This document shows, piece by piece, positions 23,373 to 36,744 of a DNA stretch of 64,000 bases. Position numbers and translations under genes: made by a program. Below the pieces are notes generated by a model, which saw nothing but the letters and a program-made list of their open reading frames with translations, was not told where the DNA came from and did not search any database. The DNA lies in the NCBI GenBank assembly GCA_964188305.1, contig OZ076893.1, one strand, 5' to 3'. How positions within the stretch are numbered: position 1 is the stretch's first letter; every line of letters begins with the position of its first letter. The stretch comes from Podarcis bocagei (Eukaryota).

Positions 23373-26300
23373 TACATCTGATAAGAAGCCAACGTATCAA
23401 AGCAATCCTTTGTTATGCACAGGAAACTGTATATGCATAACCCAACAAAGCTGTGGGGTAGATTGAAGCAGAATTTAGCTTATGTCATGTCCTAAATGCC
23501 TATCTTCCCTAACTTTATGAAACAACCAAGACTGATGCATTTAGACCAGTGGAAGGATTTAAGATCCTTATTTAAAATTGACATTTAAATAGGATCATAA
23601 ATTATGCTCACCCTGAGTCCTGTTTGCTCAAAGAGCCCCTACCCAGCTTGGGAACATTGGTCAATTATAGCAAATTACAGCACTGTGCTAGACCCACCTA
23701 CATTGCTCCTCCCTCTCGACTGTCTGGGCTGATTCTGTTCCCTGTTACTTCTATGTCTTTGAGAGGAAATGCTGTATTAACTCTGCCAATGGAAAGCAGG
23801 TGTGCACAGCTTCAGATTTTCTGCAGGGAGCTAGAATTTGATCATTCAAGTGCAATCCAGGATAATTAAAAATGGTGCCTAATTGCAGAAATGCTGCTTT
23901 CCTGCCAAATAATCCAAAGCATTTGACTGGCCCAGATGAAAAGTGGCACCGATCCAGTCTGAAACAAACTTTCACAATGGGTGAACTTCCTCCTACTGTT
24001 TAAAAACTGTGCACAAATAGCTGGAGCTTTCTCTATCTTTACTATGTCACAGTTTGCATTCTGCAGTATTATAGGTCCCCAGAAAAGAAAAGAAAAAGAA
24101 TGGGCTTCATTTGTGATGCAAATAGTACTAATTGGAAAGTTTAGGTTCGATGCTAGTTTCAACTGCTTACACAAAAATGGGTTTTTGAAATTGCACTGCG
24201 GAGAGGAAAAACCTCTTTAGAGCATCTCATTTTCTATTCAAAATAGACCCAAACGCTTTCACCCATCACCATTTTTTGTTAGTTTCATGATGGAATAATT
24301 TAAAAATCTTGTGCTATTGCTGTTATTTATTTTAATTGTCCTTCAGAAATTCTAGTGCATAAGATATTACATGGGGTACTTGGGACTGTTGCAGGGTTTA
24401 TTATCTCATAAATTTGTCCATTACTGGAAAACAGTAGCACAATGGAAATTATCTTTCTTCCCAAAACTTTCTCCTTAAATATTATTTCCATATTAATTGA
24501 CAACATATATCCTGTTGCCCCCACCTTCTTTGTTTCTTATATTCTGTCCATCAGTGAGTTGTGTTGCTTCTCCTGATACGACGTTGCAAAAGCACAGCCC
24601 TACCTTTCTGCCTCCTGAGCAAAATCTCTAATACACATCCAATCATCCCTTACACTGACCCACTGCAATATTCTCTGCATTTCCATTGTCACACCTTTTC
24701 TCAACTCTGTCCAAACTCTACCGCAAAATCATTTACCTTGTTTGTTGTTCAAACACATTCCTCGTCAAAGTCTGTGTGACTTTCTGTTTCCTCCCATGTC
24801 CACCACAAACACCCAGTCCCTTCCTGGCCTTCTCTCAACCATCATGAACCAGTGTATTCCTGTGATATCTCCTACCCCATTACTCTCAGCCATCTAAAGG
24901 TCTCCTGCTCCCATAAGAGTCATCCACATGGTTGGCAATTTATATGCAAACAACTGGAGTACCTCTTTTTGGCATTTAACAAAATAATATGTTTACATCA
25001 AGTGTGCTACTGAAAATCAGCATAATTTGCTCACTCTGTTGCTGGTTGTGTTGGAAAATACATAACTTGGTGATGTTGTAAAATATAATGCATGTTATAG
25101 TGAAAGAGGAGAGAACTTGAAATAGGGAGAAATGTCATTTTTGATGGCAGCTCCCCTTACCTAATTGTAATGCATAACTCTGCCCCAAGTCCTGCCAACA
25201 TGTATAAAACTTTCTTCTAAAGCTTTCTGCGTAACTCAAAAGCTTACACATCTTTTTCTCTCAAACTGAGCCCTGTTGAAGATATTTCTTACTATCAAGA
25301 AGCTTTCAAAAGTAGATGTAAGAATAGGAGACATATATCTCTGTTTCTGTTGTTTTTAATCAAGCAACACAAATGTTTCTCCCCTCCCCCAAAACGAACT
25401 AGGAAGCTAAAAGGATTAGCGCTATATTAATGAAAGATGTTGTTTAATTGGAATCAGTTCCTCTGAACTTTCTCCCCTGAAGCTATCTGGTACAATTTCA
25501 AGTCAAATCTTTATCTGAAGAGTAGAAGAGAAATGGTTTCAGGCAAAAATTCATCAGAGTTCTCTGAAAGTAGGTTGTGGGGTTTCTCATTTGCTTGTTT
25601 CATTGTTTGTTGATGCAATCACCAATTGCGCCATGCAGGGATCTTGACTTTGGGGGACAATTCACAGCACTGTTCCTTGCAGGCATCACCAGGCAACTTT
25701 CAATACTTAGTTTTCCTTCTCCAAGAGCCCAGAGGATTTCTTACATTTAGCCTCCAAGAAACGACATTAACAACAACACAACACAAAGGCAAAAACGGCT
25801 CACTCCTTAATTGTATTGTCTGCCTAGGTCTCAGGTATCTTTCCTGTTATTTTAGTAACTGAAAACCAATGAAGTTCAGTGTGACCTCAGGGCCACTTCA
25901 CACACTACAGAAAAAGAATGAATCCCCATGTCTCCTCAGTGAATTGACCGTGATTTTGCTGAAACATTTCAAGAGAACCCACTCATCTCAAAATGCCTCG
26001 GAAACACTCTGCTGTGAAGTGCAATTGGTTCAGGTTTTCAGGCATTCATTTGCTGTATGTTTTCAGACACACAGGTGCCCTTTACAGAAAATTTACTGAC
26101 CTGCACTGAAAATATGGAGGTCCATCCCCCCCCCCCGTACTGCACAGCTATTTACACATGAATAAAATGGAAATTATTGCATCCTGAAAGCAAAGGCTGG
26201 AATCTCTGGGCTAGTTTTGTAGCCCTCTGGCTGGAAAGCAGTGAAACTCCACTCTCATTCTATCACAGGGGACAACAACATAACCCCCCTATTATTTCTG

Positions 26301-26478
26301 GTGTTGTTGTTTTTCTCTTATCACTGTGCAAAGTATGAGTGGAGAAGTCCCTGTCCTAAGAGGCTTACAGTCTATCATTCAACATAGATAAGGCATAGGT
26401 GGAAGGAGAGGGAAAAGGCAAGGGTGTATTATAGAAGAATATGTAGTTATTTCAGTTCCACCTACTTAGTCCTATATT

Positions 26479-27633
26479 TAGGGCAGCTACCTTTGGTCAG
26501 GCAAATTACAGGACAGATTGGTGGTTGGGAGGCACAACACTCTCATGACACCAAATCCTGCTCCCCCCACCCTTGGTGGAGGGGGGTTCCTCACATTTGG
26601 CTTCCCACCTGCCTCAGCCACTTGGCCCCACTCTTTCACTCAACTCACATAGACAGCCAGGGGCTGGGGATAGATGACCAGCTCCCATGGCAACTTGAGT
26701 TGCAGCTCCAGCCTCTCATCCATGCTGGCAGCAGAAGAGCACGGAGGAGAAGGGAGGAGGAAAGGTCAGGGCAGGGTGGTGGAGGGGCCATGTGGTGGGG
26801 CTGAAGAGGGGCAGCAGCGAGAGGGAAGGAAGGAATGGGTGAAGGACACTACTTCATTCCTGTTCCCTCTATTGTCACTTACGCCAGGCCGCGTTCCTCA
26901 TCAGCTGCTCCGACAGTTATGCAGCCGCCATTTTGGGCCAGCTGTCTCTCTCTCATGCCCAACAGTGTTAAGGAAGGGAGGGGTGCTCCTGGGGTTGGTG
27001 GGGATAATACAGTAGATATAGCAGTGGTGAGGACATTGATGATGATGATGATGATGATTTATTTAGACCCTGTCCATCTGGCTGGGTTTCCCTAGCCACT
27101 CTGGGTGGCTCCCAAGAGAATATTAAAAACATGATGAAACATCGAACATTAAAAACTTCCCTAAACAGGGTTGCCTTCAGATGTCTTTTAAAAGTCAGAT
27201 AGTTGTTTATTTCCTTGACATCTGATGGGAAGGCGTTCCACAGGGCAGACACCACTACTGAGGAGGCCCTCTTCCTGGTTCCCTGTAACCTCACTTCCCA
27301 CAGTGACAGAACCGCCAGAAGTCCCTTGAAGCCGGACCTCAGTGTCCGGGTTGAATGATGGGATGGAGATGCTCCTTCAGGTATACTGACAGGGGGCGAG
27401 GAGAAGGGAGATGGGTAGGTGACGCAAACCAATGAATGGGATCTACCCTCTTCCCTGTCTTCCTAAACCCTCTCTCTCACTCTCCACCGGACCCACCCTC
27501 TCCCTGAATATTCTGAGGAGGATGAACTCAAATATTGGGGGGAAAGTGTCCTGTTTGAAGTCCACACAGGGCAGGGGACACTTTTGTCCAAAACAGGGAC
27601 AGTCACATTTTCTAAGGACAGGTGGCAACCCTA
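26479..27633. mobile_element. Old hAT (Blackjack-like) non-autonomous element hosting the L2 fragment
   Basis: Ends TAGGGCAGCTACC...GGTGGCAACCCTA with subterminal GGACA repeats. Degenerate TSD CCTATATT / CCTTATATT. Confidence 0.55.
27037..27388 (-). mobile_element. L2-clade LINE 3' fragment with a (CAT)n tail
   Basis: Encodes RTLRSG..GLL...RASSVVVSALWNAFPSDVKEINNYLTFKRHLKATLFREVF, a typical L2 ORF2 C-terminus. Confidence 0.88.
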
Positions 27634-27703
27634 CCTTATATTATAGTGATTAGAAGGTGCAGCAAAGGCTTTATTTGCACATCAGTATGATGCACTGAAA
27701 ATA

Positions 27704-27932
27704 CAGTGGTACCTTGGTTTTCAGACATCTCGGAAGTCGAACGTTTTGGCTTTTGAACATTGAAAACCCAGAAGTAACTGCTTCGGTTTTTGAATGCTTT
27801 TCGGAAACCGAATGTGCCACATGGCTTCCATATTGAGTTTTCTGGTCGGAAATGCATGCTTCAGTTTTCGAACGTTTTGGAAGTCAAATGGTCTTCTGGA
27901 ATAGATTACATTTGAAAACCAAGGTACCACTG
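27704..27932. mobile_element. Tigger/pogo-like MITE
   Basis: Perfect 20-bp TIR CAGTGGTACCTTGGTTTTCA with a TA TSD on both sides. Confidence 0.92.
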
Positions 27933-29531
27933 TACTTGTGATATGTTCACAACTCCTACTTGCATGTTTATTGGTTAAATGTAATACATTTAAGGAAGCC
28001 AGCTAATACAGCATGAGATTACTCTTATCAGCTCTGATCCACATATACAGCATATTTGTGTGCAACAACAACACCATTCACTGCTGTGAATCTGGGAATG
28101 CTCTCCCCAACCTCTCACACACCTTACAGAAGTGACTGAAGATGCCTTGACACATTTACCACTCTGTATTTACACTGGAGCCCAATTTATTTGAAATGCA
28201 TACCCAATTCTACCTAGTGCATCAGATACTATATATACTTTAACACAAGTCTTTATAGAGAGATTTGAGTGTGTGTGTGTGTGTGTATGCACACACAAAT
28301 AAAACTAGTTTTTTATGGCAATAAATTAGTTGCACAAACTTGTTTCCTGCTGCAAAAAAAGAAACTTCCGCCCTCACCCACCCAAAATGCTCAGCTCAGG
28401 AAAGATTTTCTATTGATGGATGAAACAGACTTAAAGCAAGGAAGTGATTAAGAGTATTCCCGGGAAGAAAATGTTGTCTGCAGAAATTAGATATTTGAGC
28501 CAAAGGAAGGAATAAAGATTCTAAACTAGGGGGAAATGTCTCATAATCTTTTACAGGGGAGACACGTCCTGAGGGAAGAAGGAAGGGACAAAAAAACCCC
28601 CAATCTCTGTTAAATCAATCACATATGCAGAGCTAGAGGTACGTAGCAAGTGAAACTGGTTGCAATCCCATATCTTTATTTCACTCTCAAGACCACATCA
28701 TCAAATTGTTGAGGGCAGTAATTAATATGCACATAATGACAACTTTCAGCATCAAGAAAAGTCTATGGTGCTTCGTCTTAGTCCAGGAGTTATAGTGGTT
28801 ACATAAATGTGCAATATAGTTTAGTATACCTTTGCAATAAATAATTTAGCACTGATGTAAACTTAGGTTCAAAACCACTGCTTCATCCTTTGCTCTTCTT
28901 TATTTTGCATCAAATAGCAATGAACTTGTGATAACACTTTGCAATTGTGTGCTCCACAGCACAAAAGTAGATTCACCTGGATAAAGCCAATGGGGAAAAA
29001 ATTTGCACAACACAAGCAAATTATACTCCAGACTAAATCCAGAAGTGGTGAACCAGTGTTTGGAGAATAAGGCTCAAAGTGATAGAGAAACAGCATACAC
29101 AAGAGATGGGCAAACTCTAACAAGAAAATCCCATTCTGGGTTGATTTGGAAATGACACTATATTATTGTAATCTGCAGCAAATAGCAGCTCTGGGTGGCA
29201 AATTTTCAGTGAGTGAATGACATGGGGAGAAATGTATATTTACACTTCCCCTGTTCCACCATCTTGACCTATGAGTCTGAAGAAAGAAGATGGGATTCCC
29301 AATCACGGGATTCAAAGATTAATATGGAAACAATCTGAGAACAAGTAGAATATTTTAAAAAATCAGAAATCCAAAAGCATCTATTTATAGGTGTGCTGAC
29401 ATGGGGTTACAAAGCAGTGTAAATTCAGGTAGCAAGGCACCGCTCGAAAAAGTGAGGTACTCAAAAGATGGTCTGCAGATCAGGAAGATTATTTTATTAA
29501 AGAACAATAACATGCACAAGAAGCTACATAC

Positions 29532-29647
29532 CATTTTCTTTGTGGACAAAGGCTCCCTGAGGTGATTCCGGGATACCTTTCCATATTGTGATTGGTTTGG
29601 GATAACCAGGATCCATAGTTCTCATATCTTCACTGTACCTCCAGTAC
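29532..29647 (-). CDS. MMP16: MMP16 coding exon, hemopexin domain (equivalent to exon 9), 116 bp; absent from the ORF track
   Basis: Manual translation gives (R)YWRYSEDMRTMDPGYPKPITIWKGIPESPQGAFVHKEN(G). Acceptor tttattag, donor gtatgt. Phase 2 in, phase 1 out. Confidence 0.96.
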
Positions 29648-30205
29648 CTAATAAACAAAGCTACAAGATTAGAATATGCATTTATGAATGCCTATTTTCA
29701 ATGTCAGAGAAGAAACACTGAGTGAAATTATGAAATCAGGGCAACAACATCCTTCCTGCTTTAGGTACATTCCCAGGTAACAAAGGAGTTTTATCTGCTT
29801 GCCGATTGGACAGCTGTTTCTAGTAAGGGCACAGTAGATAAAAAGATTTGCCTAGTTTGAAAACCAAATCAACAAGCGCCTTCTGCATAATCAGAACAAC
29901 TCTGATGCCTAGGGGTTCTACAAAGCCGCACAAGGAGGAACATTATATGCAAAGATCCATAATAATGTTTCAGTTGAAGTTTTAATCACACACAAGCCAT
30001 TAAACTCTGAGTTAAGGTTCCCACAGCAATCTTAACTCTTCTCTTATGAATGCTTTACAGGAGTCTTTTGTTACCCAATCATGCAATATGCATTAAATAA
30101 TTCAATATGCTGAATTCTGTACATGCTAAATCTGGGTACAGAGAAATATTTGCAGTAAAACAAAACAACAACAGCAGCAGCAGTGCACAAATTCAGAACC
30201 ACTAA

Positions 30206-30294
30206 GGCTGTAATCCTCTGCATATTTACACAGGAGTAAGCCCCACATAACACAGTGAACCTTACTTCTGAGTAATGTGCACAAGATTACACTT
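30206..30294. repeat. ~90-bp imperfect palindromic dispersed repeat (other copies at ~31-122, 3435-3520, 15400-15470, 44900-44977, 47308-47400)
   Basis: Recurrent pattern AATCCT.TGCA.ATTTAC...GGAGTAAGCCCC...CTTACTTCTGAGTAA.TGTGCA..AGATT. Confidence 0.7.
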
Positions 30295-30359
30295 CAATAC
30301 TATTTTAAGGCAAGGTGTTGTCAATATGCTTAAGATGTGAAGTTTTACATTTGAATCAG

Positions 30360-30475
30360 AAAAAGCTGTGAAAGACCCAGAGGGGTATCTGAGTGCAATG
30401 TTAGACTGCACAAGGGGCAATAAAGTGAGTCTGAATCCTGAGAAGATGGAGTCTTGTTGGTTGGGTGGGTACCAG
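30360..30475 (+). mobile_element. Old L2 RT fragment
   Basis: YLSAMLDCTRGNKVSLNPEKME resembles the L2 motif CL..V..WM..NKLKLNP.KTE. Confidence 0.55.
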
Positions 30476-31689
30476 ATTTTGCTTATTCTGTGGGCTGCTT
30501 GTGATTGCCTAACCATATTCTTGCAATGTGCTGTGAGCAGTGCTCAGCACCAAAAGGCAGAGGCAGCCCCAGTGTTGTCCCAGCCAAAGCAAAGTGGGTT
30601 ACAACTTTGTAGGCCACACAAAGGGCTGGTCATGAAGGAAGGGCTAAGCCAAAACTTCTGCCGTATCAGTTCAGGGTTCTTTCAATCCTGCTTATCATGC
30701 TTTTTAAAAAATCTGGCTTTAAACATGCAGCTGCACTTCCACCTCCACCTGCATGACAGTCAGCCTTTCAGAAAACAATTGGGTGCTCTTCCATGTGCAT
30801 TGAATTGAGCAGCGTATCTTATAGAAATTGCTGGGTTTTCCCCATAATATTTCTAAAAAATAAATCTTTATTCTAGAGGCTTCCTCCCAGCAGAAGTTCA
30901 CTGTGCATGCCAAATATATTTTGTTGCTGATCTGCCAAAGGCTTTTTGTTTTTAAGATTAAGATTAAAATCATGTGCGATGTTTTGAGACGAAGTCATTT
31001 TAGTTATTAGAAAAAAGGCTTCTATCCATTCCCTAAAGCATGAATAAAACTCTTTTTTCTTCATGTTTTATGATAGGTGAGAAAAGAGATGAGTGGTCTT
31101 TCTGCAGTATTTTCACAGTCAATAAAAATTCACTTTCGGTCACAACTATGTGTCAGAAATTACATATGAATGAAAAGAGACACACACGGGAGGGGGGAGT
31201 GTTTCAAAATAAGAAAGCAGTTTGTATAATTTTCATTGAAAATGTCCATTTGATCCTACATTCAGCAAATGCAATATGCATTTGTCTTCCTCAGGTATTA
31301 ATCACATCATAACATTACTGGGGAATGTTTGCCACATTGCTCGACCACCCCTAGATCTCTGTTCTAAAGAAGCCTGTATGTGAGCTCATCCATAGATTTC
31401 TTCACAACAGATGTCCTAGCAGGAACAGGAGCATCTCTGATGCTGAGGAACTGGTCAGCAGTGTGGACCCACCCCCCCGGTAACTATAGACTATATTCTT
31501 CACATGATTCAGACATGGAGGCTATCTTAAGTTCTCAGTTCATCAGAGGTTTAACAAAACAGTCTGAGACATGCTAATTCAGAAGTAAATTTGACTTACT
31601 TAATGGCAATCTGACCAATAACTGAGATCTTTGGGGGAGTGACTGTTAGTGGTCAGATGCACAGCTCATTTTCTCCAGGAGCTGTGTGC

Positions 31690-34265
31690 TCCATACTGTG
31701 AGCCCAATTTTATGGAACTCCTTTCCAGTTGAGGTCAGCCAAGCCCCCTCCCATTCAAACTTCTAGTCCCTGCTGAAGACTTTATTCCAGTAAGTATTTC
31801 AAACACCAGGACTGGTGAGATGAGAATGATAGTGAGATTGAACACATTATTGAGAAGAAAATGAAGGCATTTCAGATCTGGCAAAGAGATAGAAACTGTG
31901 CCACTAAGAAAAAAAACCTATGCCAATGCTAAGGCTAAGGTTCAAAGAAGATCTAGAGAACTAAAGAACACCTGGTGGATTAAAAAAAGCTCAAGAGATT
32001 CAGCACTTAGCTGACACTCATGATGCACAGAGTTTCTTTAAAGTCACAATGATCACCTATGGACCAATAAATAATGGCATATGCCCCCTACGCTCAACAG
32101 ACGGTACCACACTTCTAAAAAAAAAAGAAACTATTGCATTGCACTGGAAAGAACATTACCAGCATCTCCTTAGCCACAGCTGCTGAGGTCCTCTCAAAAA
32201 TTCCACAGAAACAAATTAGAGATGAGCTTTCAGTATCTCCAAATCTGGGAGAGTTGTGTACAGCTATTAACCAAATGAAAAACAACAAAGCCAGCAGACC
32301 TGATGGGATGCCTTCCGATGTCTTCAAAGTGGGCGGAATTGAACTTACACAACAACTTCACAAGCTCATTGAAAAAAATCTGGGAGAGAAAACAGATCCC
32401 AGCAGACTTTACGGATGCCAAAATTATCAACCTTTTTTTTAAAAAAGTGATAGAATGGACTGTGGAAACTACTGAGGCATCTCTTTATTAGCTGAGGCCA
32501 GCAAAATTCTTGCAAGGATCTTAGCAAACTGTCTTCTAACTATATCTGAGGCTACACTTCCTGAATCCCAAAATGGTTTTCGACCTTCTAGGGGCACAGT
32601 GGACATGATTTTCACCACTCAACAGCTTCAAGAAAAATGCAGAGAGCAAAACCAACCCCTGTATATGGTGTTTATTGACCTAAGGCCTTCAACACTGTAA
32701 ATAGTAATGCCCTGTGGACTGTCCTTCTGAATTGGGTGCCCAGATAAATTTGTGAACATCCTCCGGCTCCTCCACGATAATATGACAGCAACAATCTCAG
32801 ATAACAATGGCTCTCAAAGTGAACCATTCACAGTGGGATCAGATGTTAAACGGGGTTGTGTTATCTCCCCAACTCAATTTATTATTTTCATTGTCATGTT
32901 CCTACACACTGTTGAAGGTAAACTCCCCACCAGGGTAGAAATCATATATCAACCTGATGTGAAAGTTCTTTAACTTGAGTAGGTTGAAAGCAAAGAGTAA
33001 GGTTATTATAACTTCCATCATCGAGCTTCAATATGCTGATGACAACATAGTGTGTACATACTCAGAGGATGACCTCCAGACCATCCTAAATATCTTCACA
33101 GAAGCTTACGAAAAGCTTGGCCTATCACTCAACATCCAAAAAAACCAAAGTGCTGCACCAACAAGCACAAAACAACCCCTCTGCAGTGCCACAAATCCAA
33201 CTTAACATTGTAACATTGGAAAATGTTGTTCACTTCTACCTGGGTAGCTATCTTTCCACAAGGGCTGACATTGATGCTGAAATCCAGCATTGCTTGAGCT
33301 CTGCGAGTGCAGCTTTCTCCCGATTGAAGTGAAGAGTGTTTGAGGACTGGGACATTCTCAGGGAAACAAAAATGCTTGTTTACACTTGTGAAACATGGAC
33401 CACTTATAAACGCCATCTAACTCCTCGAAAGATTCCACCAAGGTGTCTCTGAAAAAAATTGCATATCACTTGGGAAGACAGGCGAACTAATGCCAGTTTA
33501 CTGGAAAAAGCAAAGATCACCAGTGTTGAAGCAATGATTCTTCAACATCAACTTCATTGGACTGGTCATGTTGTACGGATGCCTGATTATCATCCTCCAA
33601 AACAGCTACTCTATTCTGAACTTAAAAAATGGAAAGCATAATGCTGGTGGTCAACAAAAGGGGTTTAAATACTCTCCCAAGGCAAATCTAAAAAAAAGTA
33701 GTATAAACACTGACAACTGGGAAATACTGGTCTGCGAGCGGTCCAGTTGGAGAATAGCCTTTACCAAAGGCGTCATGGGCTTTGAAGATGCTCGAACTCA
33801 GGACGAAAGGGAGAAACATGCTAAGAGGAAGGCACGTTTGGCAAACCCTCACCTTGATCGACTCCCACCCAGAAACCTATGTCCCCACTGTGGAAGGACG
33901 TGTGGATCCAGAATTGGCCTCCACAGTCACTTACGGACTCACTGTTAAAACCATGTTCATGGAAGACAATCTTACTCAGCTACGGCTGATTGGCAAAGAA
34001 TAAAGAAGAGTCCAGTAGGTATTTTAACTGAATTCTGTTTTTATAGCTTTAATCTTGATTGTGTACTATTCGATTTAAGCACTATATAAATGCCCCAAAA
34101 TTATATTATATGGGGGAGGGTATTTATTGTTTTTGTTTTGCTCTTGCTTTTATTATATAATTTCTGTTTTTATCTTGTATGTTTACATTGTCAGCCATCC
34201 TGAGATGTACCGATGAAGGGTAGTATACAAACTGAATAAATAAATAATAATAATAAAATAAATAA
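31690..34265 (+). mobile_element. Old L2-type 3' end split by the RTE insertion (parts ~31690-31799 and 34011-34265)
   Basis: Left part has a WNSFPVEVSQAPS-like ORF2 end. Right part has the TGTCAGCCATCCTGAG...GAAGGGTAGTATA stem and a (AAAT)n tail. Confidence 0.6.
31800..34010 (+). mobile_element. 5'-truncated RTE-clade LINE (not BovB), decayed RT with a C-terminal C2H2 finger and 14-bp TSD
   Basis: Frameshifted ORF pieces KHQDW..END, KASRPDGMP, ESQNGFRPSRGTVDMIF, LQYADD and CPHCGRTCGSRIGLHSHLRTH. TSD TCCAGTAAGTATTT (31786-31799) / TCCAGTAGGTATTT (34011-34024). Confidence 0.95.
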
Positions 34266-36243
34266 ATGTATAAACCAAATCAAACACAGAGCTTAATTCT
34301 CAGGTTTTTATTTTTTTATTTTTAGAGGAAGGGTGCACAGAATCTGCCTGCACAAAGATTAAAATCACTGAACAAATAATCACTGAACAAAGTCCATCTT
34401 TCCATGGACAGAAAAAGAGGTTCACTAGTGGCAAAATTCAAAGATAAAATGGGTTTGATCACCATGGCCTCCAATTACAAAGCTGCAAGTGAGTTCAGAA
34501 ACAGGGTAATAAGGGGAAGAGAGCCAACTGGTTTTTTAAAAAACAAAAACAAAGCCAACAGGCATTCAAGCAAAGTATAGATAAAGTCCTCTGGCACTGT
34601 CTCTTGCACAGCTATAGCAAATTTAACTGAGATCTGCCGGGCAAACCCTACTTCATGGGATTAATTCAAGATTGTACTCAGTAGAAAAATCAGCATAGAT
34701 TTATCCAGCATGGTTGTGTACTTTTCTATTTATATCACTTCCTTGGGACTTCCTCATTCATGTGTACATTCTCCTTGTGGTTTTCCAGGCACATTTTTCT
34801 CCTAAGAGGACTACAGCATATTTTCACGGTCTTAGCAGGGAGGCCATTTTGCTTCTTTGACTTTGGCATCACCTCTTGCCTGTCTCTTTCATGCCTGACA
34901 ACCTCATTGCTACTAAAGAAGCAACAGTGGGTTGTCCTAATTCAGAAAGAAAACCGTAATAGGCTTATTCATGCAATTAAAACCAGCAGGAGGATTCAAC
35001 TCTAACATTACATTAAGAAGGGGAGGGGAGGGAAGAAGGTGATATAAACAATATGTACTGTGAAGCTTAGTGGGATATGGGCTTATTCCCACTGGTGGTC
35101 AATATCCTGTAATAGCTCAATTATCTTGGCATGGCTCATGTTCTTCGATCTTCTTCTTACATACAGTATTGCATTTATGTCCTGCTGAGGTTCATTATGC
35201 TTGTTACAGTTCTAAGTAGCAGCCTCTCCATCAGCAGAAGTTTCCTTTGATAGTTCCCTCTAGGTTGCTTTTTTTAAAAGTATATTGCTCAAGCTAATAG
35301 TATTTTAGGAAGACCTTGACTTAGCATAGCTGCCTTTGGAAATAAACCTACTATACAAAACCTCAATCGAATAAAACTTACAGAAAGTGTAAGTCACAAA
35401 TGCAGAAATAGGATGCCAACCATTGTCTTGGTCCCAAGAACCTGCAGGTTGAAAACTGTTGCCCTGGAATAAACTTTAAAAAATAACAAATCTCCCTATC
35501 TGCAGGAGACAAACTATAGGACAGGTTTTGTTCACAGTAGATGCTGATTGCAATATGCTTGAAATTAAACATACTTTTCAGGCATCAAGATGTTGCCTAC
35601 TTCTTCTCCCAAGGCTGGTACACAGAAAAGAAGGCTCCATTTATAAAAATGATTGTGGCAGTCTTCATAATATAGACTTATATAGCTCAGAAAGGCAAAC
35701 AAAATTAGCAGCACAGTTGGGGGAAAGATTTAAACAGCATGCATGCTTGCAGGGATGCAACTGAGAGTCTCTCACACTCTATGGCTCCTACTGCCTATGA
35801 TGCCCAGTAAAATTTTTGGTGCTATATTCTTCTCTGTCTCTGTCTCTCTTTCTTTTTATTTTTTTAATATTTATTTCTTGTTTCTTTATTTCTTGTGTTT
35901 TCTCTTTCACATTTTCCTTCTATCCACTCTACTTTTGCCTGCGTTTTATCTTTTGTGAAATGCACAGGAAGGTGATGGATGGAAGGCGAAAGATCCTGTA
36001 TGAGAGACAGGGAAGGGGAGATCTCCCAAGGTGGGAGGCTGGGAGAAGGAAGGGAAGCTACCAGGTGACTGCTGGGAAGGTCCATACCTTTTTGTGTGAA
36101 ACAAGCGTCAAGTTCTACCTCTGCTAGAGCTCTTTGTATTTTTTTTTCTTCTCCTCTTTCTCTTTTTTCCCTATTATGTTATTTTCTTTTTTCATTTTCA
36201 TTTATATTAATCTGTTTTTATTGTATTTTATGCTGAAAATATA

Positions 36244-36744
36244 TGTCAGGGAACTGACATCAGAGGCATGGGAGAAGGAGAGGGTCTCTGATTCTGCAGA
36301 GGAAGGTCCAAGCGCCAGAGGGAGACTTAGCCGGGAAGAAGGGGAAGAGAATGAGTGTAACACCAGGGATCCAGGAGAGCAACGGGACAGGGAGGTGCAG
36401 GGGCTCCAGGACTCTTCGCTGGAAGTTAGTGAGGAGAGCCCAAGCACCCCGCTGCCCACGCCCACCCTGCGCAGGAGACTCCTGCGCAGTGAGAGGCGGA
36501 GACGCTTAGGCGTCAAACAACTCTTATGTTGGCAGCGCTTTAAGAAACACCCACAGACAGATTCTACGAGTGACTAAGGGCAGCCACGCTGAGATGGGCT
36601 GTGCAGTCCGGAGGGTTTAACCAGGCAATCCGATGCTCAAACGGGGCAGGATTACACACGAGTAACTCCCAACCACTACAATATATATATGAAAAAACAC
36701 CAGGAAATCTAGTTACACACACAGGGTTCATTCCCTGAATTGCA
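36244..36744 (+). mobile_element. Solo LTR (Gypsy-type), 501 bp
   Basis: TG...CA termini, subterminal inverted repeat TCAGGGAA/TTCCCTGA and a 4-bp TSD TATA (36240-36243, 36745-36748). GC-rich against AT-rich flanks. Strand inferred from the open frame and the 3' AT-rich signal. Confidence 0.8.

Noticed and set aside
22897-23466. Cluster of overlapping GC-rich ORFs (79-138 aa) and a repeat/hairpin array superficially like a CRISPR array or CpG-island promoter
   Set aside because: The GC-rich core lies within a TA-flanked Tc2-type MITE. The ORFs reflect GC-rich palindromic sequence. There is no repeat-spacer periodicity and no cas genes, and the DNA is eukaryotic.
25200-25290. Possible second Penelope/hammerhead relic (AACTCAAAAGCTT)
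   Set aside because: The CTGAnGA core is absent; too degenerate to support.
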